64,000 nt of DNA from contig CM120647.1 of the NCBI GenBank assembly GCA_051362555.1, positions 16,716,651 through 16,780,650 of the forward strand, written 5' to 3'. A model generated the notes under the pieces. The model was not told the origin of the DNA. It made no database searches and saw only the letters and a program-made list of their open reading frames with translations. This document shows positions 24,123-37,920 of this stretch, piece after piece; the stretch's first letter is position 1, and each line of letters begins with the position of its first letter. The translations under genes were made by a program, and so were the position numbers. This DNA is from Lingula anatina (taxonomy: Eukaryota > Animalia > Brachiopoda).

Positions 24123-27048
24123 GTTTCATTGACAATATTTTGGCCACCTAAGTAGGGAAATGTGGCTCTTTGTTTTGAAATGACATTTCCATTGTTCCTT
24201 TGAACACCCAAAAGTCTTCACCAGGAAGCAGATAACACTTACGTCAACATTCTTACTTTGTAATAACCATCCAGGGGGAAAACAAAAGCCTCATTAGGTG
24301 TCGTCCTTCACACTATAAAAGGTGTTAATTTCATGCTTCTATTGTTTGCCCATGAATCATTATGACGAAATTGTAGGGTTGCCAGATCACTCGCGCTCCA
24401 TTCAATTCTCTTTATCTGCCCTGCAGCCTGGGATGAGTGATACTTGACTGTCCTTTGTTTACATCTGGAGATTTTCTTTATAATTTGATCAGTGTGCATA
24501 TTATAATATATTTTCAATCTGGAAAAATACGTGATAATGTAACGATTCTTATTTTACGGATAGATAATTACAAAAATTAATTTCAGATATAATACCCCCT
24601 ATTTCAGCGCCTATTCCTGGCTGCGTTAATTATGGGGGGTTGGAAAGTAATCCGTTAGGATGTGATGATAGCTACTCTTACCAACAGTACATCATCGATC
24701 AACTAAACTCAGCCACCTGAAGCAGAATAACCAACAAAACAGGGGCGGATCCATAGTTATTTTCTGACAGTCTTCCCATTTATCTTTGTTAATCCATCCT
24801 CCATTTTTGACCGTCTTCCGACAGAAAAAAAAAATAGATACCCGTCAATGTAAACTTGAAAATCTGACCGTCTTCCGGAAGACCCAGAAGACGCCCTAAA
24901 TCCGCCCCTGCAAAAGACATATTGGACTACATCTGCCCTCTTGATGAAACATCTTATGTAAAAAAGGCGATGGCGGTCAAAACATACGTGCCTCGTGGTG
25001 TATTAAATGTTCATCGTATTTTTTCGTTCATTATTCTTATGACTTAAGCAACCTCACCTCCGTAACACCCTTTTTATTTATTTAAACCATTGTTAGACAA
25101 ACCAAGGGTTTCACTCCAGATTTCACGATCGAGCAAGTGATCATGAGGAGAGTGTAGCATGCTATAGTAAACTACCCCAAATATATACCCAACACCTCCA
25201 GGGTTTCACGATCGAGCAAGTGATCATGAGGAGAGAGTGTAGCAGAGAACTTCATTAATGGTCGTCATAATTGGTGGTTGCCTTGGGAAAATGAGTTACA
25301 GGATTACATAATACAGATACGTGATAACAAAAGATAAATACTAATTTTTTCCCTGATACAAAATCCCCTATTTCAGCGCTTATTCCTGACTGCGTTAATT
25401 ACGGGGGATTAGAAAGTAATCTGTGAGGACGCAGGAGCGATGATTGCTACTCTTACCAACGGTAAATCACCGATTTACTTGACTCCGCTATTTCGAGCAA
25501 AATCACCACGAAAAGACAAATTAGACTACGTTCGCCCTCTTATTATAACAAAGAATGTAAAAATTTGATGTCGGTCAAAGAGGCCTAGGCTACGTGCTTC
25601 ATGGTTTATTAGATAGGCCTATTCATAGGATTTTAGTTCATTATTATAGCTTTACCTCGCGAGACCCCTTTTATATATTTAAAACACAGCACCCCACAGG
25701 TTTGGCGATCATGAAGAAAGGGAGTGTAGCAAAGAACAGAACCTCATTAGGCCCCTAATGGTCGTAATAATTGGTGGTTGCATTGTAGGCCTAAAATTGT
25801 TCATTTTAGTCGACAAACTAAGCTAGAAGAAAGAACAGATCATTATCGCCTCTCTTTACTTAGGAACAATAACTGGCTAGATGCAGCATTTGCAAGTTCT
25901 TTTATTTAGAAACTGCCGATCCTTTGTCTGGGACTGCCGTTCAACGCCGTTTAAATGACGTCCGAGAAACGGCGATAACGACAGAGACGTCCTCGAACAT
26001 TTTTGGACTCAGTGAAAATAAAATAAAAATCCGTTAAGAAGTAGCCTTTTAATGTCCTGGCAAATAACTTTGCGATGGCTCAGGGAGTTCTAGAAAGAAT
26101 GACAAGAAACGACATTAGGGTTAATAATAGACTTAAAACTATCAGAGTGTAGGCCTGTCTTAATTACTTCATTTCTAAGACCATCTTGTGATACGAGTCA
26201 TGCTACACTACAATAGAGGGGGTAGCAGTGGATGATTTAATACAGGGATACCATCGATAGTTTATCAATAGAAAATCGCGATCCTCAAATGTTTTTTTTT
26301 ATTCATTAAATATAAACTGTTTTTTATCGTGCAATGGGTCTGGTATAGTTGTATTGACCTATCAGTTGGAAACACGTGGTTCGTCTACAATTGCAAATGG
26401 CGGAGGTGCCCTGGAAGTTATTGTCGTAAAATTAGCTGGATACGTGCACGTGAGAAAATTATTCATTAAATTCAGTTTTCAAGCGTCAGCTTAATCTGGT
26501 AAAATGCCAGACGAAAAAAAATCATAGATAGAGCCTTATGACCCACTGTAGAATGATGCCAAATAATACATCAACGACGAAGTTTATCGGCAGATAAACG
26601 TGTTTCCATTCTCGGCTGACTGAGGAATGGTTTGAGAGAGCATTTAAAGAAGAGGCGGGCGAACCAATAGTGAGTAGGAAGTGTGCTGCAATCAAGACGA
26701 ACAATACCGATCATAAGTGGACAACTAATAACCCCTAATTAAGCCCGGGTTACGCACTGCTGTGTTGACTCCTTGCTGGGGAGCGGTAGCGGCCTCCTAC
26801 TGCTGTTAGTAATCACGCATTGTCTTCTAACTTGCGGCTTAGTTGACTCCTTGCTGGGAAGGGCTAGCGGCCTCCTACTGCTGTGCGTAACACACATTGT
26901 CTTCTAACATGCGGCTACACGTCGGTTGCATTGTATTAATAAAGTAATACCTATTCATAAGGAAGGGGGCGGATGGTAATCTGACGAGTATTAAATCAGT
27001 TATCGATTAAACGCGTACCAGTAGTCTTGTTTTTTATTGGCTATACGG
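22592..27048. mobile_element. 4.46 kb TA-flanked insertion with short TIRs (CCGT[G/A]TAGC), probably a non-autonomous Tc1/mariner-type element
   Basis: gtttaac-TA-ccgtgtagc...gctatacgg-TA-tttagatgcg. The empty site ttaactatttagatgcg is seen at 13121 and 16705. No transposase ORF was recognised. Confidence 0.75.
24740..24910. mobile_element. 171 bp MITE nested in the 4.46 kb element
   Basis: TIRs caggggcggat / atccgcccctg, flanked by caaaa on both sides. Absent from the internal direct-repeat partner near 25510. Confidence 0.7.
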
Positions 27049-27119
27049 TATTTAGATGCGTTTACAGACTGTTATAGAGTTCTATGTATTTCAAATAACC
27101 AATGTTTACATTTCGGTAG

Positions 27120-27765
27120 ATGACTTGCTCTCTCGTGATAACAGCTGCTGTGACCTGCGCATGTGTGGTAGCTATTCTGGTACAACATACCGAGGGAGTG
27201 TGCTGCTTAGCCGACCTCTATGATTATTGCAAAGACTGCACTGAAGTAGGTATATTCAGTATGAAACTTTGCATAAAGGCATTACAAACCACTCTGCTTC
27301 AATACCACTTAAAAATCCAGGATTTGACTTGAAGAAAGGAGTGGATGGGTGGGGGTGGGGGTAAAATGAAAATAAGATAATGTATTTTAAGTATAATTTG
27401 GTTGACGATGGACAAAGATGGCCGTACGTGTCCGACAATGGTCACCCATCCCAACTACATCTATTTATACAAAGCTCAAAACAAAACTTTGAATAACTAG
27501 TCTAGCCGATTATAGGTTATGAATTTACCGCCAATAGTTATGAGCCGTGTGGAATTTCAATTGGTTGAATTAATTGTCGTTATTTTAATCTCAAAAAATT
27601 GTCAGAATTATAAATCTACTCAACCTACTTCCGGCTTGGATATTTGGTGCTCCCTTCACTCTTGTTTTTCAGGGTACCCCTTACTGTGGGTATCAAAGCT
27701 GTAATGTATTCGGCTGTGCATGTGGCAGGGGATTTAGAACTGACTGTGGAAAAAGCGTAATGTAA
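27120..27765 (+). CDS. Diedel-like peptide, copy E, possibly pseudogenising (exons 27120-27245, 27673-27765)
   Basis: MTCSLVITAAVTCACVVAILVQHTEG-VCCLADLYDYCKDCTE|GTPYCGYQSCNVFGCACGRGFRTDCGKSVM*. The first ATG (27102) is followed by an in-frame TAG, and Cys9 is mutated to Phe. Confidence 0.65.
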
Positions 27766-28846
27766 GTTATCTGTGGGTATATTTAGCCTTAATTGAGCAC
27801 AGAACTGCGTCTCTTCATAACGTCTCTTCAAAACTGAATGTTGGAGAAGTACCGCGTTAACGTCATTTGGACTATCGACCATAAATGAGAAAAAATTATC
27901 CTCCGTCTGATTTGTTGTATGAGTTTAAGAACACATTCGTCAGCCGTCTTCTCAGGTTTGCCACTACCAGTAGTTTAAGATTAAGTTGATGTAATGCACC
28001 TCAGACTTCCTTTTTACATTGTGGAAGGTGATATTTGGGGTATTGTAGTGGAATGCAGATGTGCCAACACAAGGTCCACGAAGGGAACTGATGGTGGGGA
28101 TGATGACGTTAGCCGAGTTTGACCTTGACCTGACGCACATTTAAAGCACTCTTCTCGAAACACAGCTGATTTTCTTGAATCACCCTTGTTGAAGTCAATG
28201 GGAAACCAAGTGTTTGATATCTGTTATGTAAGCTAATATCACAGCTGTGTTTCATTAAAAAAGGACACGCAGTACCATGTGCTCTGCTATTTGTTCTGTT
28301 TTGATATTTATTATAACTAACCGTACAGAATGCTATTACACATAAAATTTATCTCTACGGAAAAGGTGAAAGTACCTACCTGACACGTATCTGAAGCCGT
28401 TAGTTCCTATGTAATTTTAGTCTAACTAGTATTTTATTTACCGTGGGCAATACCACACTATACTATAACGTTAAGTTGGATTTTATTGAAATATGGTGTA
28501 TTAGTCACAATGAGGCATAAGTGGCATGTTATCTTGGGCCAAATTTGATGTTATTTTATCCAACATAACGAATATAAAACAGCTAACCATAACAAAGGGT
28601 GCTAAACTAAGTGTAAACTAATTTCGAGTTTAATTTTAATTAATTTGTTTCTCTATGACGGCGTTGGTGTTCCTGAGAGGTATATAAATAGCACTAAAAC
28701 AACTGCATTCAAAGTAGTTGCTGTGTGTGAAGTCAACTTCTACGCTTTTTCATGTTTATAGCATTTCCGTCATTGTCTTTGTAGAGCCGCATTTTGCAAC
28801 AGCAACGCATTTTGTAAACAAAGAAAATCGTAACGCACTTTTTCAG

Positions 28847-29950
28847 TTGGTGAACCTTCTGTCTCCACATAGCAACTGTGGCGAGAGAAAACTGGCTTAT
28901 TACAAAAAGTACAGCAAAATAAACTGCCGTGCAGAATGCTTGTATGTATCTATGGTGTAAGCAGTCGAAATGACAGTCGTAAAATCTGTGAACGTAGCTC
29001 AACCTCAAGGCAACCATTTAAACACACACAAAAAAAAACATGTTAACGTGGTCTATGTCGTAGAGAGACTGTAAGAATCACTGCTGTCACAAATGATAGG
29101 CCTAATGAAATGATTCGTTTAGACAGAAACAAAATTTCAATTGTCAGATAAGATTAAAAATTCTAGATTTAGTCGATGACATACGGATCGATATTCGGTT
29201 AAATATTCTTGGTTTGAACACGTCTGATGCTTAGTTTGTGGAATTATTTAGAACAAAAAAAAACTGTCGAAAACCAGTGTGATAATAATACTAATACAAA
29301 TTTTGCAAAAATTCTTAAGATTATAAATGATGGATGAATAAAAGTAAAAATGTATATTTACATTGATAATGAAATCAAAGTCTTGTGCTATATTGTAAAA
29401 AATAACGTGAATTTAAACTCACGGGTTCTTGCATTTTCAACATTCCAGACACAACATGACTTTGAAAACGTGCGGCTGCCGAATGGTATGCTATCCAGAG
29501 GTCAAAGGTTACAGAGACTGTTCCCCACGTGACATCATCACGTGTTATTTCCCGCTGTCAGAAAACACGACCCAAATAAAGCAACATTGTGGCTGCATAC
29601 ATGTAGCACCTTGCGGGATTTTTTTCTTCCGTCTACAGCATCTCGAGTTCTAAAATGTACCCCAAAGCAATATCTCCGGAGCTAAAAGGAACTGCAGAAT
29701 CCGTTGAAAAATACTTCATCAGCATGGCGCTATACTACACAGATATGACGTACGAGGAGGTGGTATAACAAGAAGCCTACAGCACGCTGACTCTGTTTGC
29801 TGACATAGGAGGAGCTCTTGGCCTCGTTCTGGGAAGCACCTTAATGACATTGGCCGAAATACTGGATTTCATCTTTGGATTATGTGTTTGGAAGATTCCA
29901 AGAACGTCTTCAAGAAGAAAGAGGTAGAGAACAGCAGGCGTGTGTGCTTT
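28847..29950 (+). pseudogene. DEG/ENaC last two exons (28847-28956 open; 29449-~29950 decayed)
   Basis: Frameshift near 29620-29650 and an in-frame TAA replacing CAA in EEVVQ (gtggtataa); TM2 is still recognisable. Confidence 0.85.
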
Positions 29951-32062
29951 TCTTACGTTAAAAGCACCGGATGCTGTACATATATCCGGTGGAAATATCC
30001 CTCAGTCAAATCTGTTCCCCGAGCAAAGCTACGTATCTATCCCAATTCAGAACAAACAATATAAACTTTCAAATAAAAATTATGAAATATTCTTAATATC
30101 GATACAATATATGAGGGGGGACCATTTATACTAGTCTAAATAGTTGTCTTGCTGAGGTGTGGGACTATAGTAAAATGTGTCTAATGTTTTGTCCGTCTTT
30201 ACTGTCTTAACTCGTGTAAGGATAAGTACTGGTCTGTAAACCTGTAGTTAAGTCATTTAATGGACATTACCAAATTGCCATAAAATTAAAAGATAAACAG
30301 CTAAAAATTTCAAGTGTCATTCATTTAAAAAAGCATCAATGTATATTTTTCTGTTTGCTTAAAAACTTCAAAATGTATTTATTTTTATAATAATTTCTAT
30401 ATGTTATTCTTTTAGCAGGCACTTTCTTTCGTTAAAAGCACAGGGTGCATGTACATATATCCGGAGGAAATATCTCAAAGTCAAATCTGTTCCCCGCGCA
30501 AAGCTTCATATCCTTACCAATTAAGAACAAACAATATAAACTTTCAAATAAAAATTATGAAACATTCCTAATGTCGATATAATATATGAGAAGGGACCAT
30601 TTGTGCTAGTCTAAATTGTTCTCTTGCTGACGTGGGGGACTATAGTAAATTATGTTTATTGTTTTGTCTGTCCTTACTAACATAATTCGTGTAAGGGTAA
30701 AGTACTGGTTTGTAAACCTGTAGTTAAGTCATTTAATGGACACGACAAAATTGCGATGAAATTAAAAATGAACAGCTAAAAAATTCATGTGTCATTCATT
30801 AAAAAAAGCATTAATGTATATTTTTCTGTTTGCTTAAAAACTTCAAAATGTATTTATTTTTGTAAATAAATTGAACATTCCCTTTTTCTGGCAAAAATGC
30901 AGGTGGCATTTAAATCGAATCAGTTTTATCAATAGCATTTGTGAATGGATGATAATAAATGGACGATAACACTGCGCTGAATTATACTGGTTTTTCTGAA
31001 GTGAAAAAAGGAAAACGAGCCTTAATCTACGTTACTGACGGTTTTGAAACCACAAAAATAAAGGTATAATCATCATTTGAATAATTCGGTCCATGAAGAA
31101 TGGAAGCTCATGATGAAAAACACAGGTAACTTATTGTGAATTGGCAGCTACAAGAAAGTACCTTCTAAAAGAATTACGTATCTAGACCAACACGTTATCT
31201 TGGAACACGAACCTCTCTCATCATATCAGACAAGATCAACCGCGATCTAAGGTAAAAAAAAAAAAAAAATGGAAGTTTTTCTCTTCTAATTTTTCCGTTT
31301 TCATTTCTAGAATATTTGTTCACATTCATATATAGTATTTTAAACGCGTACTTTTGTCTTATAATCAATGATGGCATTTCAAATGACTAGCCTAATTATA
31401 ATGATATGGGTACTGAGAATATAAGTCGCATATTGTCATTTTTACTTTGTCCAGTTAATCCAGCAGCCATCTTACTTCGCAATATAAGTGCAAGGCGTGA
31501 CACATCATCACGTAAACAAATTCATTTGAATGCGAATACCAGGTGATTAAGACCAGCAGTTTAATTTACTTTTCTTTTTCCTGGCAAAATGTCGTTTTTC
31601 TGACGGTGTCCTACCTGCCTAGAGATGAATATATAGAGAACAACACGTTATCTTGGGACATAAACCTTATAGCAGACACGAGCGACAAAACGAGATATAA
31701 GGTAAAAATTTGCACAGGTTGTAGCTTTATCATTTTGTTTTTATTTGTAGATTACATGTACTGTTGACTTGCATTTGCAGAAATCAATGGTTTATAAATA
31801 TGTTTCAGAATATTAAAAGGTAACCTGTTGTCAAGTGATTATGGTTGAGCTACTAAGCCTCATAATTCTTAAAGCTTTATTTCTGGTTTGGCTGGTAACA
31901 TGAATTTATTTGTACAGCAGTGCTAATTTGCAATTTTTTCAAAAAAGATAAGTTTATTTTGAGAAAATTACTCAACGATTGTGGGTGTGGACATTTTTTC
32001 TTTTAAAACTATTTAGATGCGTTTACCTAATATTAAACTGTCGCAAGTATCTCAAATAACCA

Positions 32063-32793
32063 ATGTCTACATTTCAGAAGATGACTTGCTGTCTCGTGAT
32101 AATAGCTGCTTTGACCTGCGCATGCGTGGTAGCTATTATGGTACAACAAACCGAGGGAGTGTGCTGCAGATCCGAGGCCTATGGGTATTGCAAGGACTGC
32201 ACTTTAGTATGTATTTTCAGTATGAAACTTTGCATAAAGGCATTACAAACTACTCTGCTTCCATACCATTAACTAATACAGGATTGTACTTGAAGAAAGC
32301 GGTGGGGGCAAAAATGAAAATAAAAGAATGAATTTTAAGTATAGTTTGGTTGTCGGTGCAAAAAGATGGTAGTACTGTACATGTCCGACAATGGTCTCCC
32401 AACCTAAGTACATCTGCTGTTACAAAGCTCAAAACAAAACTATGAACAACTAGTCTTACCGAATATTGGGTATGAATTTACCACCAGTAGTTACGAGCAA
32501 TGTGGAATTTAAATGGGTTGACTTAATTGTTGTTATTTTAATCTGAAAAATGTTTTTTGAAACGTATTATTTGATTTGCATATTCTGACAGGTCTGGTGG
32601 GATATAAACTAGATAGTGTTAATTAAGACAGATAAATTGTCAGAATTATCAATCTACTCAACCTACTTCCTTAAGTGCTCCCTTCACACTCGTTTTTCAG
32701 GGTACCCCTTACTGTGGTCATCAGAGCTGTAATATATTCGGCTGTGCGTGTGGCGGAGGATGTAGAAGTGACTGTGGAAAAAGCCTAATGTAA
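32063..32793 (+). CDS. Secreted 10-Cys Diedel-like peptide, copy F (exons 32063-32206, 32701-32793)
   Basis: MSTFQKMTCCLVIIAALTCACVVAIMVQQTEG-VCCRSEAYGYCKDCTL|GTPYCGHQSCNIFGCACGGGCRSDCGKSLM*. Confidence 0.88.
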
Positions 32794-33589
32794 GTTATGT
32801 GAATATATTTAGCCTTAATTGAGCACAGAACTGCGGCTCTTCATAACGTCTCTCCAAAACTGTATGTTGGCCAAGTACATGGCACTATTTGGATTATCGA
32901 CCATAAATAAGAAAAAAATAATAATCCTCTGTTCGATTTCATGTATGATTTAAAGAACACGTTTTACATGCTTGCTACTAACAGCACTTCAAGATTAAGT
33001 TGATGAAATGTACCTCAGACTTCCTTTTTTAAAGTGTGCAAGACAATTTCTGGACCGTTGATACGGAATGTAGATGTGCCAACACAAGGTCCACTAGGGG
33101 CACTGATGCTGGTTATGATGACCTGACGCACATTTAATGCACTCTTCTGGAAACACAGCGCATTTTCTTGAATCACCCTTGTTGAAGTCAATGGGAAGCC
33201 AAGTGTTTGAATATCTGTTATGTAAGCTAAGATGACTGCTGTGTTTCATTAAAAAGGACGTGCAGTACCATGTGCTCTGCTATTTGTTCTATTTTGATAT
33301 TTATTGTAACTAACCATACAGAATGCTATTCCAAATCAAATTTATCTCTACAGAAAAGGTGAAAGTACCTACCTGACACGTATCTGAAGCCGTTAGTACC
33401 TATGAAATTTTAGTCTAACTAGTATTTTATTTACCGTTGGCAATACCACACTATACAATAACGTTAAGTCATTGGAATCAAGTCACAATGAGCCACAAGT
33501 GGCATATTATCTGGGGATAAATTTGATGTTATTTTTATCCAACATAACGAATATAAAATTGCTTACCATAACGAATGGTGCTAAACTAA

Positions 33590-33817
33590 GGGTGTATTCC
33601 CAAAGATTGAGATCGACCCAGAGATTAAAATTTAGATCGACCTAACACCCTGGGGGTTTACGCTAAATTGCAGTCAGCTGAGCGCGCACCATAGTTAATA
33701 ACCCCATTACAGCTTTTAGTAGGCGGGACAGACGCTTAAGCGTTGGCTAAGCTGACAGTAATATAGTGGAACCCCCCCACTGGGATAGATCGATCTAAAA
33801 TATATGGGAAAGGGGTC
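33590..33817. mobile_element. Paralogous copy of the 4870-5094 MITE
   Basis: Same TIRs and the same flanking context (ctaaactaa..caagtgtctaat). Confidence 0.65.
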
Positions 33818-34041
33818 CAAGTGTCTAATTTCCAGTTTAATTTTAATGAATTTGCGTTGGTGTTCCTGAGAGGTATATAAATGGCACTAAAACAACTGCA
33901 TTCAAGTTGTTCTTGCTGTGTGTAAAGTTCATTTTGAAGCTTTTTCACGTTGATAGCACTTCCGACATTGCCTTTGTAGAGCCGCATTTTGCAACCGCAA
34001 CGCATTTTGTAAACAAAGAAAATCGTAACGCACTTTTTCAG

Positions 34042-34985
34042 TTGGTGAACCTTCTGTCTCTACATGCCAACTGTGACGAGAGAAAATTGGCTTATTACAA
34101 AAAAGTACAGCAAAGTAAACTGGTTGTATGTATCTATGGTGTAAGCAGTTGAAATGACGGTCGTAAAGTCTGTGAACGTAGCTTGACCTCAAGGCAACCA
34201 TTTAAACACACACACAGAATAAAAAACAAGTTAACGTGGTTTATGTCGTAGAGAGACTGTAAGTATCAATGCTGTCGAAAATGACAGGCCTAATGGAAGG
34301 ATCAGTTTAGACGAAAACAAACTTTCAACAGTCATATAAGATTTAAAATTCTAGATTTAGTCGATGAAGTACGGATCAATATTCGGTGAAATATTCTTGG
34401 TTTGAAAACGTCTGATGCTCAGTTTGTGGAATTATTTAGACAAAAAAAAAATGTTTTCATGGATAATGAAATCAAAGTCTTGTGCTATATTGTAGAAAAA
34501 TAACGTGAAGTTAAACTCACGGGTTCTTGCAATTTCAACTTTCCAGACACAACATGACTTTGTAAAAGGTTACAGAGACTGTTATTTGCCGCTGTCAGAA
34601 AACACGACCCAAATAAAGCAACATTGTTGCTCGATACATGTAGCACCATGCGATATTTTGACTACAGCATCTCCAGCCCTAAAATGTTTCCAAAAGCAAT
34701 ATCGTCGGAGTTATTAAACAGAACTGCAGAATCCGTTGAAAAATACTTAGTCAGCGTAGCGTCATACTGCACGAATATGGCGTACGAGGTGGTAGCAAGA
34801 AGCCTACAGCACGCTGACTTTGTTTGCTGACGTCAGAGGAGCTTTGTGCCTCGTTCTGGGAAGCACCTAAATGACATTGATTTTTGTATGGATTATGTGA
34901 TTGGAAGATGAAGATTCTGAGATGGAAAAATAAGAATTTGAACGTCTTTAAGAAGAAAGAGGTAGAAGACAGCAGGCGTGTGTGA
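34042..34985 (+). pseudogene. DEG/ENaC last two exons, heavily decayed
   Basis: Exon 34042-34140 is frameshifted and partly deleted. The terminal exon from 34547 has several deletions. Confidence 0.85.
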
Positions 34986-37760
34986 TTTTCTTACCTTAAA
35001 AGCACCCGATGCATGTACATATATCCGGTGGAAATATCCCAAAGTCAAATCTGTTCCCCGCGTAATGCTTCATATTCTTCCCAATTTAGAACAAACAATA
35101 TACACTTTTAAAAAATGAAATATAATTAATTTCGTACAATATTCGAGAGGTGGACCATTTGTACTAATCTAAATAGTTGTCTTGCTGGCGTGGGGGACTA
35201 TAGTAAAATGTGTCTTATGTTTTGTCCGTCTTTACTGACATAATTCGTGTAAAGGTAAGTACTGGTCTGTAAACCTGTAGTTAAGTCATTTAAAGGACAT
35301 GTCGAAAATCCGATGAAATTAGAAATAAACAGCTAAAAATTCAAATGTCATTCATTTAAAAAAGCAACAATGTATATTTTTCTGTTTGCTTAAAAAGCTC
35401 ACAATGTATTTTTTTTTCTAAATAAATTGAACATTTCGTTTTTCTGGCACAGATGCAGGTGGCATTTAAATCGAAACAGGTTTATCAATAGCGTTTGTGA
35501 ATGGATGATAATAAATGAACGGAAACATCGCGCTGAATTATACTGGTTCTTTTAAAGTGAAAAAAGGTAAACGAGCCTTAATCTGCTTTACTGGCGGTTT
35601 TGAAACCACAAAAATAAAGGTATAATTATCATTTGAATAATTCGGTCCATGAAGAATGGAAGCTTATTGTGAAAAACGCAGGTAACTAATTGTGAATTGG
35701 CCGCTACAAGAAAGTACCTGCTAAAAGAATTGCTTATCTAGAACAACACGTGATCTTGGGACACAAACCTCTCTCATATCAGACAAGATCAAACCGAGAT
35801 ATAAGGTAAAAAAATTGCAGGTTTTTCTCTTCTAATTTTTCCATTTTTATTTCTAGAATGTTAGTTCACATTCGTACATAGTGGTTTGAGAGCGTACTTT
35901 TGTCTGAAGATCAGTGATTACATTTCAAATGACTAGCCTGATTCAAATGATAGAGGTACTGAGGATATAATCCGCATTTTGTCATTTTAACTTTGCCCAG
36001 TTAATCCAGCAGCCATCTTACTTCACAATATCACTGCAAGGCGTGACACATGATATGGTGTCATCAAATTCATTTGAATGTGAATACCAGGCGGTTAAGA
36101 CCAGCAGTTTAATTTACTTTTCTTTTTCCTGGCAAAATATCGTTTTTCTGGCGATGGCATACCTGCCTAGAGATGAATAGGGCCTATATAGAGAACAACA
36201 CGTTATCCATGGACATAAACCTTATAGCAGACACGATCGACAAACCTAAATCTAATGTAAAAATTTGCTCGGGTTGTAGCTTTATCTTTTTTTGGTTTTT
36301 ATTTGTAGATATAGTGGTAGTAATAAATATGTTTCCGTTGTACACCGGTTTAACAACGTTTGAAATGTTTTAATCCCTGTCCTGTGAATAGAAGGGGGCG
36401 GGCAAACAATGGAGATCCGTATAAATCCTTTCAAAATTTAAACGCACAAACACAATAGCTTAGGTGGAATAACACAATACTTTAGACGAGTGAACCCCAT
36501 GACGCCGGGTTCTGTGGTCCAGCGCGAGCGCGACAATCAACTGTAACTTGGTGTAATTAACAGCAGGATACATCAGCCAGAAGGTCCCCATTGTTTGTTT
36601 CGCTGGTATGATTATAGCTTTCAGAGACTAGAACCCATGCTACCGCGTGCCACTAAACCGTCTCCCGTAGCGAACTGTCCTTTTGTTCACTAGCTTAGCA
36701 CGCGCAGCTGATTATGTTTTAGATGTTGCTAGCAAACTGCTAGTTTAATTTGGTATCGGTTTTTTATATGAAGTGTTCCGAAGTCAAAAACTGAATTTGA
36801 TTAACATGCATAAGCTTCAGCATTGTGCATCAGCATGATCAACAATTCACCCTGTCTCAAAATTCTTATTGCAGATAGTATTTATTAATTATGAATGCTA
36901 AGGACCAAAATTTTGAAGATTAAAGATACTCTGTATATAAATTTCCATCCTCGCGACCTGTGTAAAAAATAAAGATTGAAAGTAACAAATAAAGCAACAT
37001 TATTTTAAAAAGATATTTACAGAACAAGCTAAAGTGTAGCCTCAATTACTAAAAAGATTTATTTGATGTGGACAATTGGCTTGAACCAGTCTTATTTTAT
37101 TGACATTGTGAATGACACATTCTCCATCGTCACCGCTGAATTAACATTATTATTTTACAGCAGTAATCTTATTTCACAATCTTATTGTTTAGGCCTGGTT
37201 TAAGTTTGTTTAAGAACTGATTGCCAGCTATTGTTAGATCCCCCTCATCTTTCAACCGCTGTCATTCATGCCCGTATACTTTATATAGTGTGATCACACT
37301 GTCAATCCGGAAACACGCTGGAGTTAAATTGTCCTCTCCTATTCTGTTGTTTATATAAACCTTTTCACTTATTTTAAATATTTTCATCTCATTTTCTATT
37401 ATGCGCTCTGAGAAACGGATGATTATTTCCCACAACAGAATAATTTTTAAAGCAATTTGTCAGCTCATAACTATGACATGGCGCCCTTTTTCCTGGTTGT
37501 TGTTTAAAAATGGACATAAGTTTGTCGAGGTTTAGTGCATAGCTCTCATAACGTTATATTTATGTTCATCTAAACAATAAGATGTCAATTTTAATTGTTG
37601 ACTTGCATTCGCAAAAAATCAATGGTTTAGAAAGGTAACTTGTTGTAAAGTGATTGTTGAGCTACTAAGCCACATAATTTTTCCCATTTTATGTCTTGGT
37701 TGGCTGGTAACATGAATTTATTCGCAGAGCGGTGCCGGTTTGCATTTTTTTCAAAAAAAA

Positions 37761-37792
<32 letters not shown>

Positions 37793-37920
37793 AAAGAGAA
37801 AGAGAAGATTACATTTTAGAAAATTGCTCACAATGATTGTGGTTGTAGACACTGATTCTTGTTTAACTATGTAGATGCGTTTACAGACTGTTATAGGGTT
37901 CTAAGTATCTCAAATAACCA

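Noticed and set aside
26500-26700. Possible degenerate coding fragment in the 4.46 kb element
   Set aside because: Multiple stops in the + strand frame I translated, only a featureless 60-aa ORF on the - strand, and no motif I can identify with confidence.
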